Source: Antedon mediterranea (lineage: Eukaryota; Animalia; Echinodermata). Taken from it: DNA of 64,000 nucleotides. The notes below the pieces were generated by a model. The model was not told the origin of the DNA and did not search any database. It was given only the letters and a program-made list of their open reading frames with translations. This document shows, piece by piece, positions 36,250 to 50,500 of this stretch (positions are counted from its first letter, which is position 1; each line of letters opens with the position of its first letter). The translations under genes and the position numbers were made by a program. The stretch is taken from positions 2,351,812 through 2,415,811 of the forward strand of contig NC_092675.1 of assembly GCF_964355755.1 (NCBI RefSeq). Direction: 5' to 3'.

Positions 36250-38302
36250 TTAGAAGAGTTCGAATAATTTGGTCATTTATTAATATGACACAAAATAACA
36301 ATAAACAAACGTTTAAACATTTAAAATTGACAGTAAAGTATACATACATTATTTTAATAGTCAAATATTTATTCCTTAAATTCATTAAAATCGAATACTA
36401 AATTGAATTACCAATAAAATAGTATACATTTTGTAACAGATGATACTAATACTACAGTACGTTAATATTGATAAAATATATAAATCTTATATAAAAATAG
36501 GTATAGGCCTAACCCCTCAGATTATAAACATCGCCACACCACTATACGAAATATAAGGCCCACTAATGATTCACAAACGTAGGCCTACCTTGGTAGCCTA
36601 AAAGAACAATACTGGTGATAGATTACATTTTAGGCTTAAAGCATAATTCAATGTAACAGTTATTAATATCAATTTTGAATATTACCGTCTAAAAAGTAGA
36701 ATTTAGTTTTTTAAACCAGAATATATTTTACAACCAAATAATCGAATCAACCATAGATAAAGTATAACCTATTTTGAATAATGCAATTGAAAAGGGTCTA
36801 TACCTGTATTACGTCATACACACAGAGAGTGTACGCGTTACGTTTCTGTGCAGGTATACTTAAAAGAAAGAAGAAAGAAACTAAGTAAGATTAGTGCTTA
36901 TCACTTAAACATGAAATTCTTTTTAGAAACAAATGTTAATGGAATATAATTAAACAATATTTTAGTAAAGTACTGTAATACAGATGGAGGTAAACCATAA
37001 AACATTAATCTCGACCGCACGTAATATTAACTACAATGTAGCATATATAATTATTAAAAAAATAAAAGAAAATCTCTTAGATAAAAATAATGATTTAATA
37101 CTGTATTTTCGTTTGTACATTTAATGTATAACGAAACTAACTACTGTAAATTGTATTTAGAAGACTTTATCATTCGCATGCAGCATAAACTTGTATCTTT
37201 TCTATATTTGATGACAAATATAAATAAATTGTTATTATTTTATTATACAGGCCTAGTGGCTGTATGGATATGGAAGTATCTTAATTATTGAATGGTCTTA
37301 GTATAGGCTAGATATTGTATTTTCTATTCGTATCTCAGAACCAAATATGCAGCACCTAACAATTAAGACAAAATAACCTTTATATTACAAACTAAAAGTG
37401 TTATGGCAGTTTTAGTTTAAACAATGCATGTACTGTATTATAAATGTAGTGACAAAATAACCGATGATGAATCCGTGTCATTTAAATAGCCGTGGTTTTG
37501 CTAACATGAATCAAGCGCGCAAAAGATGAGTCGCGTAAAACTTACGATAACGCGCCATTTAATTATATTACCTACATCAAGTTTAAACAAAAATTACAGG
37601 AGTATTGAAGGAACACATGCGCATTGTGTGTCTGTATGTCTGTATGTCTGTATGTCTGTATGCAGAGATCAAAGCAAAACTTAACCATTTAGTTTACGTC
37701 ATTACGTACACAATGATCGCCGTAGTTGGGACGAATAATAATAATTACATAAATTATTATATTACCTTTTAAGTTTGTTGTGAATCATTTTATGTTGAAA
37801 ATCTTGGGCCACTCGTGTATGGTAGAAATAAAACTCTCAGCACACGTAACTGTTATTAAAACCTTATAAAATGGTTCGAAGTTCGGTGAGGTTTATCACA
37901 TATCTTTTTATATTTATCTGCATTAAAATAGTAATTCCAAATAAGAACATGAAAGACATTTTAAAAGCCATTATTTTCGCGATCAGAAAAATGGGTTATT
38001 AAAATTACATTACTAAATGCACATACAATAGGCCTATAATCTAGTAATTTAAAGATAACTATGACATTTTCATTAGGGTTAATTTGAGATTACATTTCGT
38101 GTGTACACAGAATGATGGAAATACATAGTAGGGATATGTCTATCTGCCGATGTATTTTTATATGTTTAACGTAACGTCGGTATAAAGACAGGCGTATAGA
38201 AAGAACACATGCGCATTGCATGTATATATGAAGAGACAAAAGCAAAACTTGGCGTTCACCATTTAGTTATAACTTTCTAAGCTTCATTAAAATGAAATTG
38301 CT

Positions 38303-38517
38303 TACATTTACGTCATTACGTAAAAAAGGCTAGTATTTACGTCCTTACGTCAAAAAGGCTAGTATTTACGTCATCACGTAAAATTGGGTTGCATTTACCT
38401 TTACATTAAAATGGCTTGCATTTACGTCATTACGTAAAAATGGCTTGTATTTAAGTCATTACGTTAAATGGCCTGCATTTATGTCATTACGTAAAAATGG
38501 CTTGGATTTACGTCATC
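38303..38517. repeat. ~29-bp tandem repeat (~7 copies) rich in TTACGTCA / TTACGTAA
   Basis: CATTTACGTCATTACGTAAAAATGGCTTG repeated, just past the DUOX-B stop codon. A related segment lies at 37610-37710. Confidence 0.85.
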
Positions 38518-38542
38518 GATGTAATTTTAAAATGTATATAAT

Positions 38543-41500
38543 TCAGAAATTTTCATAGTGGTGTACAAATCCGGCAGTTCCGTACTTATTCAACTCAGAG
38601 CAAGCTGTCTCTACATTGTGAGTCATACCAGGAGGACCACAGCTAAAAACACCAAATCGTTTTACCTGTAAAATAAAATAAATTAGGAAAAATAAAACAA
38701 AAAAGGGAGGGAAAATACTGTGTTAATTGACTTTTTAAAAGGTAAAATTTACTTATAAACATATTTTAAAACACATTTTGAACTATTTAAAAGTAAATGT
38801 TAAGTTAGTTATGTACGTAAACAAATAATTATGTAAACAGATAAGAAAATAATTATGTAAACCGATGAAAAAATGTATTTAATATACATATAAATGTGTA
38901 AAAATTAACAAAATTAACAATGTTAAGAGAAAGAAAAATAAATGGGGAAAAAGTAGAACGAACGCACGTAAGATAAATAAATAGACGAATATTATGTAGC
39001 GAAGGTTTAGGTGAATAAAAGCATTCTGTTGTCATTTATGGAACATGAATTTTACTAAATTCTGTTTATTCTTTAAACTATACACCTTAACATTTGGTTT
39101 ATTGAAGAAAAAAAATGATCCTGGAAATTAAAAAAAAGATTACTGTATTGGAATAAGTTGTTACTTATTAGATAAATACATTGTTAAAATATTTGTGAAG
39201 ATTTCCGGTAATTAAAACTGGTTTAGAGTTTAAACCTCATAATAATTGTGACATCTCCTGACTTAATACTACTTAACAGAATTAAGATAAAACAGTTTTC
39301 ACATCCTTATTAATTAAAATGTAATTTACTGGACAACAATTAAAAATCAAGATGTTTTTAAAGGCCAAAATTAGTACCTAATTAGTACTCTAAAACACTC
39401 AAGGGTTACGGAAGTGGTCATTACTTAACTTTTCTAACAAAACGTAACAGAATTAGAAGAATTAATCCAGGATTCTGTAGATTCGGTGGTGTATTTCATG
39501 TATTTCATGTTTGTTTTTTTATTTGTTGACCACCAACACACGGTGTAAGATCGATGTTTCAATGTAAAAGTGTTTGTCTACATTCCAATCTAGTGTTATA
39601 CACCCACTTATGTTATCTCCGTATAATTATGTCCTTGCTATTACTATATATCTCATCTGTGTTCAGATTTATACATTTGACTGTCCTGCATAATGATTAT
39701 TTCTGACATTGATATTTGAAATTAAGCAACATCTTAAAGTGAAGTACTATAATAGGGAGCTTTCGATGCTACCACCGACGTCAAGCTAATTTATTGTGCG
39801 CATGCGAGGATGAGTTTCTCTCGCTCTCCAACCCGACTAAAGTTTGCTGGTTTCTAGGTCCGGCGACCTGATCTATAGTTAGGTCACTCGAAAATCGATT
39901 GTCGCAAATCGAAAGTTCCTTAATAATAAAAACATCATTTTACATTTGCGTTTAAAAAAAAAAAAAATGATAAATAACTACTCACGTCTGGATGATGTTT
40001 CTGAACAGAATTCAGGAAAGAAGTGAAATGAGGCCGACCAAAATGTGTTATAGACCGTAGACCAGTAAACAACGAGTGGTTTGAAATCTTTTGGAAATGA
40101 CGCTCGCAGATGTACTAAACAGAAACAAAATTCAAAAATTAAATTAATCAAATCAAATTAGAAATAAAATCTGATCAGAGTTATCAGAAATATCAAAAAC
40201 ACAATGAAAAAGGTAAAATATATGATACAGGTTTTTTGGGGTTTTTTTTCATTGACATTTGCATTGGCTTCACAGATGTTTGACTATTCGTTGTATCATT
40301 CTTAATTAGAGAAATTGATTGTTGTGAACGATGAGCTACAAATATTAAACTGATCATTTTCGTAACATGTTGTAAACACGAACTTCATTTGTAATACAAA
40401 TAGCACATTCCTATGTAATTCTAATTGATTCTTCTTTCGATTTATATACTATTTACCTTATGAAAAATACTTTACTAAAAATAGATGAGAGTTGATTGTG
40501 GTGCAAAAGAAATGAGGTTCAAGTATCAAAGTTTGTAACAAAGGTTCATATTTTATAATGAACCAAAGAAAATGTTAAACCCGGAGCTACCCTTTAAGGA
40601 ATTTATTTAAATCAAAAGATATTTAATTAGGTAAACGTACCAACATTGTTGTTCTCAAATCAAATTTTTGATAAAACTGTGTGATGAACAAGTGTACACA
40701 GACTAAGCCTGTCTTGTCATTGTCTTCCACCTCTCGAATTATATCCGTCAACCATTCAAAATGCTTTTGGGTTCTTGTCACCCATATAAAGTATACCTTT
40801 AAATTGGAATAAAGAAATTCGTATATTATATTAAAATAGATTTTTAGTCGCGTGCAACGTGACTCTACAGCTCACTATGTCGGTCGGTTGGTCGGATGGT
40901 CGGTAGGTAAACACTAACTCAAATTTTAGCACGCGACTGCAGCCATGTATATGGCCTGTTTTATTAGATTTGAATACCCAAAATGAATTCATTCTTGGAC
41001 TGACACAGAAAAACAAAAAGGTCGCTATTGTTAATGTATAGGATAATAATAGTAATCAATTATACAAACCTTCTTGCAGCTAATTCTAGAGTTGCTATTT
41101 GTTTTACTGATAATGTCTTTAAGAATGGAAGCATAAGGAGTGACGCCAATACCTCCTCCGATCAGTACAGCAACATCAAACTGATACCAGTCTTGATGCC
41201 CCTCACCAAATGGCCCATCTAAACAAATCTAGAAAGGAAATAGTTTGTTACAAAAATATCGGTTATTTAGAAAAGAAGAAGTAAAAAGAGATATTTCTGA
41301 TTTCATGATATATTCTGTAGTATGTTCCATCTGTAACTGCTCTTAGCTGTCAAATTCTGAGCGTTTCCTTTTTGAATGGCCTAGCATTCGACATTAATCA
41401 AAAAACAACGTAGCAAATAAATTGAAAAAGTTAAGCTTTATAACAGTAGTACGTGTTTTATAAAACAATTAATGAATATTTTGATAATATTTTCATGAGT

Positions 41501-44500
41501 TCAATGATGGCGTTTAATCTAACAAGGTACATTCAACGAATACAAAACATTCATTATTTTCATTTCAAAAATTAACATTTGATTGGTACTTACTTTAGGA
41601 TAGCTAAGACCCTTTAAATTAATTGGATCAAAAAGGTGGTACAGTTTGGTGGTCCATGGACCAACAGCCCGGACATGTACTGTCAAGGTATCCTCGTGAG
41701 GAGCTGATGTTAGGGTAAATGGATGATATTCGGTGTTGCCCATTCCTGGACAAGACAAGCGAACCCATTGTCCAGATTTGTATTCAAAGTGACTTGGTCG
41801 TTGGAATTCTAGAAATGTTACATCTGAAATCAAATATAAATGTGGTTAATAAAGTAATATAATTCCGTAGAGAAATTTCGTTAAGAAAAACAGAAAAATC
41901 CCTTTCATTTATAATCAGTTTTGCTGTTTTTGTATGTGAAGAAACACTATCAAGTTTGCGGTGGACATGTGATTCATAAAATGGAAGTTGGGAATGTCTC
42001 GACAAGCGAAAGGATGAATCATTCCGCACCTTTTATTCTATTATGAGGTTGGCCTAACATTTTAGTGATACAAACAAGGAATAAAATATAAATAAGTACA
42101 AAGAGACAAAGAAGTGTTCCTTATTTTATCTTTTACTTTGTGGTTTATAATGTAAATATTTCTTGATGAATATAATTTCCTTTAAAAACATAAAAATAAT
42201 TTCTACACTAACTTGATGGTAACAATTCGGCTCTCTTTACGATTAGTGTTACTTTCTTTTTGCTGACACTGACTAGCTTGTCAAAAATAAAGACGACGGC
42301 TGGACCGACAAAGAACAGGTGAAAAAATGGTCTTTGAACAAGTTGACCGGTTCCGTGCAACATCATCAAAATGTATAAAATGATATACAGATTGTGGGTG
42401 ATCCAAAACAAGTTAAAGGAATTCTTTCGCGCGTACTGCGAAGAAAATATGAATATGATGGCGGTGACGATGACTAGGAGAACGCCAGTAAATCCTATAA
42501 TGAACAAAGGGTTAATTATTATTATCATTAGGCCTACGTATATTCATTATTATGTTTATCTGAGGCAGATTATGAAGCGACGAAGATATTGTGTTGTTGC
42601 AGGAACAAATCATTTGACATATAATAATATAGTATATAACAGTAGGCATCTTTTAGTAACAAGTAGCCCTACCGAAACACTAGAAAAATTATTATTTATC
42701 GATGATCATATATAAACAGTATAATGCAGATTAAAACTTACCAGTTATTGTGTTATATAGCCAGTACTGAAACTTGGGAAGCTCGTGCGATCTATGAAAA
42801 TAGTCTCTAAATAGGCATAGCAAGTCGTCGGCTGGCTGAGTTGATATATGATAGAAGTTTAATGCATGACCAATACAATGTATTACTAAATTGAAGAAAA
42901 AGTATTTTTATATTATATATTGTAAGCGTGGAAAGGAATAGATTGCAAGAAAAACGTTTGATTTTTTTTTTAATATGGTGTATTTGCTCCTAAACAGTAA
43001 CATTGTTTTACAGATACAATTATACACTTACTTGTAAAAAACAAAGCTGAAAATGCAACTATCTTGTGGAAAGCCAATGCAGAATCAAAAGGTATGAATC
43101 TGTTTAGAAAAGTCTGTCTAAGCTTGGTGAGTAGATTACGACACATGGTTAGTAAGATTATTGAAAATGTGAACAACATTGCACTTGCAGCGCCTCTTGT
43201 TATCGATACACCGTAGCCTGCTATCTGCCTCAGTCCTGCGTGTTCTCTTTCGATGGTAAAGTCTAAAAAAAAAACATTTATTTATTAGTCAAAACCTCCA
43301 GTCCTTGTTTGTAGTTTTTTATTGTTTTTCTGTACACACATTTACAATTTACAACTGAAGAACAAGATTACACTAGTACAAAAAATACGAGCGTGCAAAA
43401 GGAGGCCAAATTAAGTTTGGAGAGGTGAAAAACATTTTGGCTATTTACATTGCCACTTTGGAATTATAGATATAACACTTGACGTTGAGGTTACTTTGAA
43501 ACAGTGAAAGCTATTACTTACAATAGGCTCGTTCTGCAAATATGCCAAATAGTACCAAGAAATAGAGAACTAGGTGAAAAATGCGAAGACGATTGTTTTC
43601 AATGAATCTCGTGGTTGCCAGAATACGTCGCTCGAACGATGTTCGAGAGTATTTCGCATTTACAGTTTTAACGTAACGTAGATCTTTCAATGTACGTCTG
43701 TATTTATTCTCCTTCTTCCCTTCTATTTGCCTGTGAAACAATTCGATTATTTGGTTATTATGAATCGTTAAAGTTAGGGCGAAAGTCTAATCGAACCATC
43801 TAGTAGCTTCCCTCCTTATAAGCAGAATATTAGAAGAGACATGTCGTGAGGAGAATGTACAATTAAAACGTTTTGGAAGATGTGGAATTGTGGCATTAAT
43901 GGTAAGATGGTGAATGAACGGATACTTACTTGTATGCTCGTATTAGGGTTTCAGCTCTTCGCAGTGACCCTCCTTTTGTGGCAGGATAGGCAGGAATAAC
44001 CTTTTCTTCCCTATAATTTCCTCCTAATCATAGAAATAAACAAATATTAACACTGTACATTAAAATGATAAAACATTAATATTCAACAATCTGGGTACAG
44101 TGTCCCAGATGAAATACGGAAGCTCAAATAGCATTCACTCTTATTTAAGTATACTTAATTTAAATTTACAAAAGACAAAATATTAATACATTGTTAATAT
44201 ATATAATGCAATAAATACATATTTAAATCTAATCTTAAATTGTAAGTAAATACAATCTTTAAAAAATAAATAAGGGAATAGAGATTAATGTTTATTTTCT
44301 TCTTAAAGTTATAAATAACTGATCTTCTCTATGTTAAAAACAATGCGTACATTATTTTAATAAAACAAAATACTTAAAAGTTGTTACCTGCAACACCAAT
44401 ATAGACTCTATCGAAATGTTTCTTATGTTCGCCCATCAGTTTTAAAAAGTTTCGGAAGTTTAAATTATCTTTTTCCTTGAATCCTGCCTTTTCAAACATT

Positions 44501-47500
44501 GAATCAATTAGTTCTTCAACACTATCTTGTTCAATTGTACCACTCATTCCTTCCAACATTGACCTATTGGTACAAGTAACATCAATATTATTAGTATAAT
44601 GAAATAAAGGGTCAAGATCGGATACACAGATTAAAGTGAATAAAGAGAAAAAGTGCATACATAAAATAATGCAATACAAGGTATGACAACGGTTGAAAAT
44701 CATATAATTGGATCCATAAGAAAACTCTTATAATACAATCTGATTCAATTCTGGTATGTTTGCGAGTAGAGAAAAATCAGTGTACAAAACGCTCCAAAAT
44801 ATTGTTTGTAGTGTGTTTCGAAACCTCTATAAAACTGTGTTCGTACACCTGCATCAATCTTTATTTAATATATAAGTACAAATCTTACTTGAGCATTGCT
44901 TTAAATTCTTCTCTGGAAAGTGTTCCTGTCCGACCAATGTCATACACATCAAACATTAGCCTTAACTTGTCCTCTGGTGAGCCTTAAGAATGACAATATG
45001 ATAATTTATGAAGTTTCCCAACAACAACTATGTTAAAAACTTAAATCTACATTTCTTAATTTTAGATTAAAATAAATACAAAACATTCTCACCTTTAGCA
45101 AATATGATTAACATATCTAACAAATCCCTAAATGAAATAGTTCCAAAGTTTTCTTTGTCCACAACTTCAAACATTTGCTCAACAAACAATGACTTTGGTT
45201 GCATCGATAGCGCCTCTGCAAATTCCTGTTTTGTAAGCCTACAACCCAATACTTCCTGCGCAATTTCTGCGCTCCAGCAAACTGTATCCATATCTGATGG
45301 GTCTAAATCTTGTGATAACGCCTAAAGACAAAATATTTCATAAGATAGTGTATGTGCTTGCAACAGATAAATCAAGCGAATGTCGGCTGTAATAAAATCT
45401 TTCTCTCTTGTGGTTTGGCAGACTCTTCCATGAGTTCATTATGAATGAATGCGCTGCTTGCACAGCATTTATTATCAAATATATATACATATTTAAAATG
45501 TATTGTTTGTACACAGATAAGCTCTTAAAATTAAATATAAAAAACATCAAAAAATACGATAATGAAAAAACACATCAAAATGTACAAAGAGCATACATGC
45601 AAAAAAAATTGTCAAGAGTTCATTATCAGGCATTCATCTTTGAAGTAATTGTTGAGTACTTACATGAGCAAATGCTGTTCTAAAGAATCGTTCTAGTGTC
45701 TTCTGTCTTTGTTGTTTTGTTATGGATCCAAATAACATCATATCATGTGTCAGTTCCTTAGTTTTTATCATGATTTTTAAACTACCAAGAAATCCTTCCA
45801 TATCGCCTATAAATTTCTGTCTTGAAACCCGACTTGAAAACATCAGTACCTTACAATAAATAATCAGTAAAAATATCTAATAAACAAATACAATACTTGT
45901 ATAGTCAAATATAGATTATTATTATAACAACATAATAACTGAGAAAGACCTCTTACTGACCATGAGGAAAAATGAATGAACCAGGCCATGGTATGGAGAA
46001 GCCCTCCAGCACCACTACTTAATTTGATTTTTTTAAACCAATAGAATAATTTAGTTACTTACCAGGTCGTATTCTTTTTCCATCTTCACTCTAAAATATC
46101 TGCAACCTTGGTCGACGGTTATATAAAAACTAAGTTTTTTCGTGTTGTTTAAGTTAATAACGTGACGTTTTTCATTGAAATCTTTTCCGTAAACAGTGAT
46201 TGCTTTAGCACCAAGAGCAACGATGACTGATATACATGGTGCATCAAATCCACGCCATTCTTTAACTGTAAGAAAATGTAAAAACTAAATAATATTTTCT
46301 AATTAAAAGATACAAGTCCACTTTAATTTGTCATGATTGTTAATGGTTATTTTATTTATAATGCGATTTCTACACAGTCTCGGCTATCGCACATTCATTT
46401 GTCTACAAAGGCAGGACCATCGGCGGCAGAGGCATCAGTGGCAGGGAATGAAATGGCACCAGAACAAAGAGTAAACTTACTACTCTCTTATTTTTATTAG
46501 ATTAGACTTGCTATACCATCAGGATTATGTTCGAGGAAAACCACGAACCATAGTCTATAAATGACTATACACTATCGAATTATGAGATAGTTTTGTCCAT
46601 AACATATAGAATCGTTTATATAATGTGACAAATAAATAAATGAGCTTTCAAGTAAATGAAAAAAATCTTTTGAAATGTTAAAGGATAAAGATTATATATA
46701 TAGCCTATATAAAGTATATATTTACCTCCAGTGTACGTTAGAATGTTGCTGATATGTTCCATGCTTTGTTGAACTGCTCTTCGTTTCTGCTCTTTCATCT
46801 TCCACCATCTTGTTGCTTTGCTTAATATTATAAGCAGTAAGACACACGCTAGTAAATTGAATAGTGCCGTTAGTTGTATAATTATGATCATTTCTACTTC
46901 ATTTACTACATGTAGCTTCATTCACATGTATTCAATAAATTGAAAATAAAGATATCAGAAAGCAAAGAAATTGTATCGACTTGATACGGAAGTGTTTCCT
47001 TAAAAAGCTAGTCAATCAGATTTGTGATTTGTAGAATTGAAAGAGTTTCGCTATGTGAAGATACTTTTTACCATGAGAAGAATAGTAACCGTACTAATAT
47101 AACTTACCGAATATCCAAAGTAGGATAGCACCAAATGAAACCAGATATGCTATTTCACTGCCCGTAAAGTAGTCAAATGTATGTATCTTGGTACATTCCT
47201 CCATTGATGTTGAGTTGATAATAAGAAGGTCCATTGCTTCTCCGACATCATAACACGGATCACCTGCAATGTGTATAGAATACATTAAGTCATTCATTGG
47301 TTTTAGAAGACCATACCGGAAACTGCAATATAACCACAACCTTGTGAAATTCACTTGAAAAGAAGGTTTATATTTACCTTTATTGTAATGGAAAACATCA
47401 TACTGGATATCATCATTTGCAATGTCCGTCGCAGCTACAATAACATCTTTTAAAAATGTATTTCTTATTGTGGTAATGTTATGTCTTGTAAAAAGCCTGA

Positions 47501-50500
47501 AAATGAAACATGGTAATATTGAATTCCTACTAAGAAGTATGAATGGTCAGCATTGTACTTATTCATGTCAATCTGTCAAATATGGGACTCCATGTACAAC
47601 CAGAGGTGTATTAAAAAATGTTTTTGTCTCAAACGACAATATATAACGTACCCATTATTGATATTTTCGAACCAGAATCTATCCCCATCTCTTATCCTTA
47701 GAAACTGATCGAGTATAACATGATGAAACAGTTCTCCAGGACCATCACTTGTAGTCTCCAGTAAACCTCCTACCCATACATCTATGTTATCAATGTTTCC
47801 AGAAATATTTTTCAGACGTCTTATAATCTGAAAGAAAAAGTCTAATCATTATTGCAGTCATTCCTTAGCTTTCTCTGAAAGGGCAATAAGTAACATAATA
47901 TAGTGTATGTCTAGTATCATGTGTAAATTCTGTAATGGTGTCACACATGTATCACATGTGGCGCCGGTGTCATGTTAAGGTTAGTTATAGGATTGTGATA
48001 CAGTAGTCACATGTAATCCATGTGACATTTATTACAGGGTATGGTATTGAATAATTATAGATACAGTACAGAGAATCGACTAAAGTATAAAATATATAGT
48101 TGTGGAATTATAGGCCAACCAACAGTGTTGATGTTTTGTTTATTTACTCTTTCGTGTCTTAATTACCATAGGGGTCAGAGCTGTTGGATATGCACTTGAA
48201 ATATTTCCATTGACCCAGACAACTGCCTCGGCAAACTATTTACTTACATTTTTGTCTATGGCTGATTTGCTGTTATTGCTGACATTGTTAATATCTTCAA
48301 AGGATTCTTTTCTTCCAAGTCCTAGATAATCTCGAATGGTATTGTAATCTGGAAGTCCATGATCGCGTCCTCTTTGAATGTTCAGAGCCATTAAATCTCG
48401 TCTTGAAAACTCCAAAGGCCCAAACACCATTCCTTTAAACATAAACTTAGTTTTAGCATAGAGAAATAGTTCAGATGTCGCCATAATGATTTTCGATGCC
48501 GATAGGGAATATTATTTTGGCATGATCATCTTGTTTTTGAATATTTTGTTTTATAGGCGCATCAATATATTTAAAATTAAATCTCTCAAGGGTTCACAAT
48601 CGGTGAAATGAATTATGTATTATATTTCCTTTAAATAATAGGTATACAGATACATTACTGTACTTTACACCGAAAGAAAACAAGATATATTGTTTCCAGT
48701 CCGGTTACCTCTATTAGTGCGTTGGTATAGTATATATACCATATTATTATCATTATGGTATACGCATTCAGTTGACTAAAAGTGAATAATACATTGTATA
48801 TTAAAACCATTCATCCGTATGTTCATCAGCTTTGAAGTAATGGAACCGATAATATTTTTTTAGAAATAACAGCTGAATTTTGTTTGATTTAATAGAGTTA
48901 AATTGTTTGCTCAGTGAGAATATTTACCTCGTAGGTCTTCTGTTATAATGTTGTCTTCTCTTTCTGTGATCTGGGATGCCATTCCTAGTAAGATTGGTTC
49001 AATGTCATGTTCTAGAATTGGTACCTTTTAATCAAATTTGAAAAAAAATTGTTTTATACCTTGCATAATGATATACTGTACTGTATTATCGTCAAGATGA
49101 TGTTATGCACTATACTACTTTATAAGTTCCATAATCAATCATATTTCAATGATATCATAATGATGGTACCAACCTGAGGATTCCAGTACGAATTACAAGT
49201 TCTGATTCCGTGGTGACCTGATTTAGCGTCTTTGTTTGGGTGATAACTTGAATGAACTGTTGTTTTTATATATTCACATTGCGTTGTTCTGTATCAAATA
49301 AGAACAGCATAATAATATTTATTTCATATAGTATTAACAAGGTATTGGAGAGAAATCATAATTACTTTTCTTTGAATAATCAGTTCAGCCAATAATGTTT
49401 TAAAATATTGAAATACATTGCACGTAATAAATGTAATAAATGAAATCAATGAATATAATAAATATTATATTGTATAGTGCCATACAATAGAACTAACATT
49501 TGTTATTGGTCAACCTCTATTTTTTGTTGTTAAAAACTGTTTCTAAAGAAATGTCTGCATAATTTTACTTAAATCCAAGTTTAATTCCTACGGCCATAAA
49601 CTGGATTATAAAATAAATATACAGAAAAAAAACATAGGCTTATTTTGTTCTTGAAAATAACGGTACCTTTATAAGCATTCCTGTCATAGTTTATCCGTGC
49701 TATAGTAGAAGTTCCAGATCAAAGAAAAGATCAGTTGAAAAACCTTTTATAATCCTATTAATAAGTCAAACGTTCAGAAATATTTAACATACCTGCGTAT
49801 AACACCTGGTGGGACTAATGTATGACCGAATCGCATCGCAGCTGATTGAAAAACGTGTGAAATGCCCGGATGTACGTGTTGATTATAACCTACAATATAG
49901 ATAAATATATTAATATAAATAATAATAATATCCTGGATTTATATAGCGCCTAATGTTGTGAAACCTCTAAGTGCTGAACATTATTACCCTCATTTTCCTA
50001 TTGAAACATACTCCCGTAATGCAACATTGGTGTAAATAATAATAAATTGATGTTGGATGATTGTTAACAAAGTACCTAATTAGTTACCTAATTAGTACCT
50101 AATCATTGATAAATTCATTCTGACTGAAGATGTAAAATAGACACTTACTAACGTAGGCCTGTATAGTTGGATATATCTACAATGTCACTATAAATATGGT
50201 GGTAATAATAGCACAACAATATTTGATATGGTCTTACCTGAATAACTTGGAGTTTCTTGGAGGTTTAAAAGGGCAGGTAACCATTCATACAAGACAATAT
50301 TCTAAGTAAAAAATAGTGGTTTTTAAAATAAATGAAATTGAGATATCTGGCCATTGTGGAGGGTCATTTAAATTGTCTTCAGGCATAACATTTTTTATAC
50401 AAATAATTGTGGTTAAAAAGTGCAGCATTGTTAGATGCTGGGTGTTTTGGAAATAAAAGAAAAAAGTAGTTTTGTAAAACAAATTAGTAAAACTACATTT

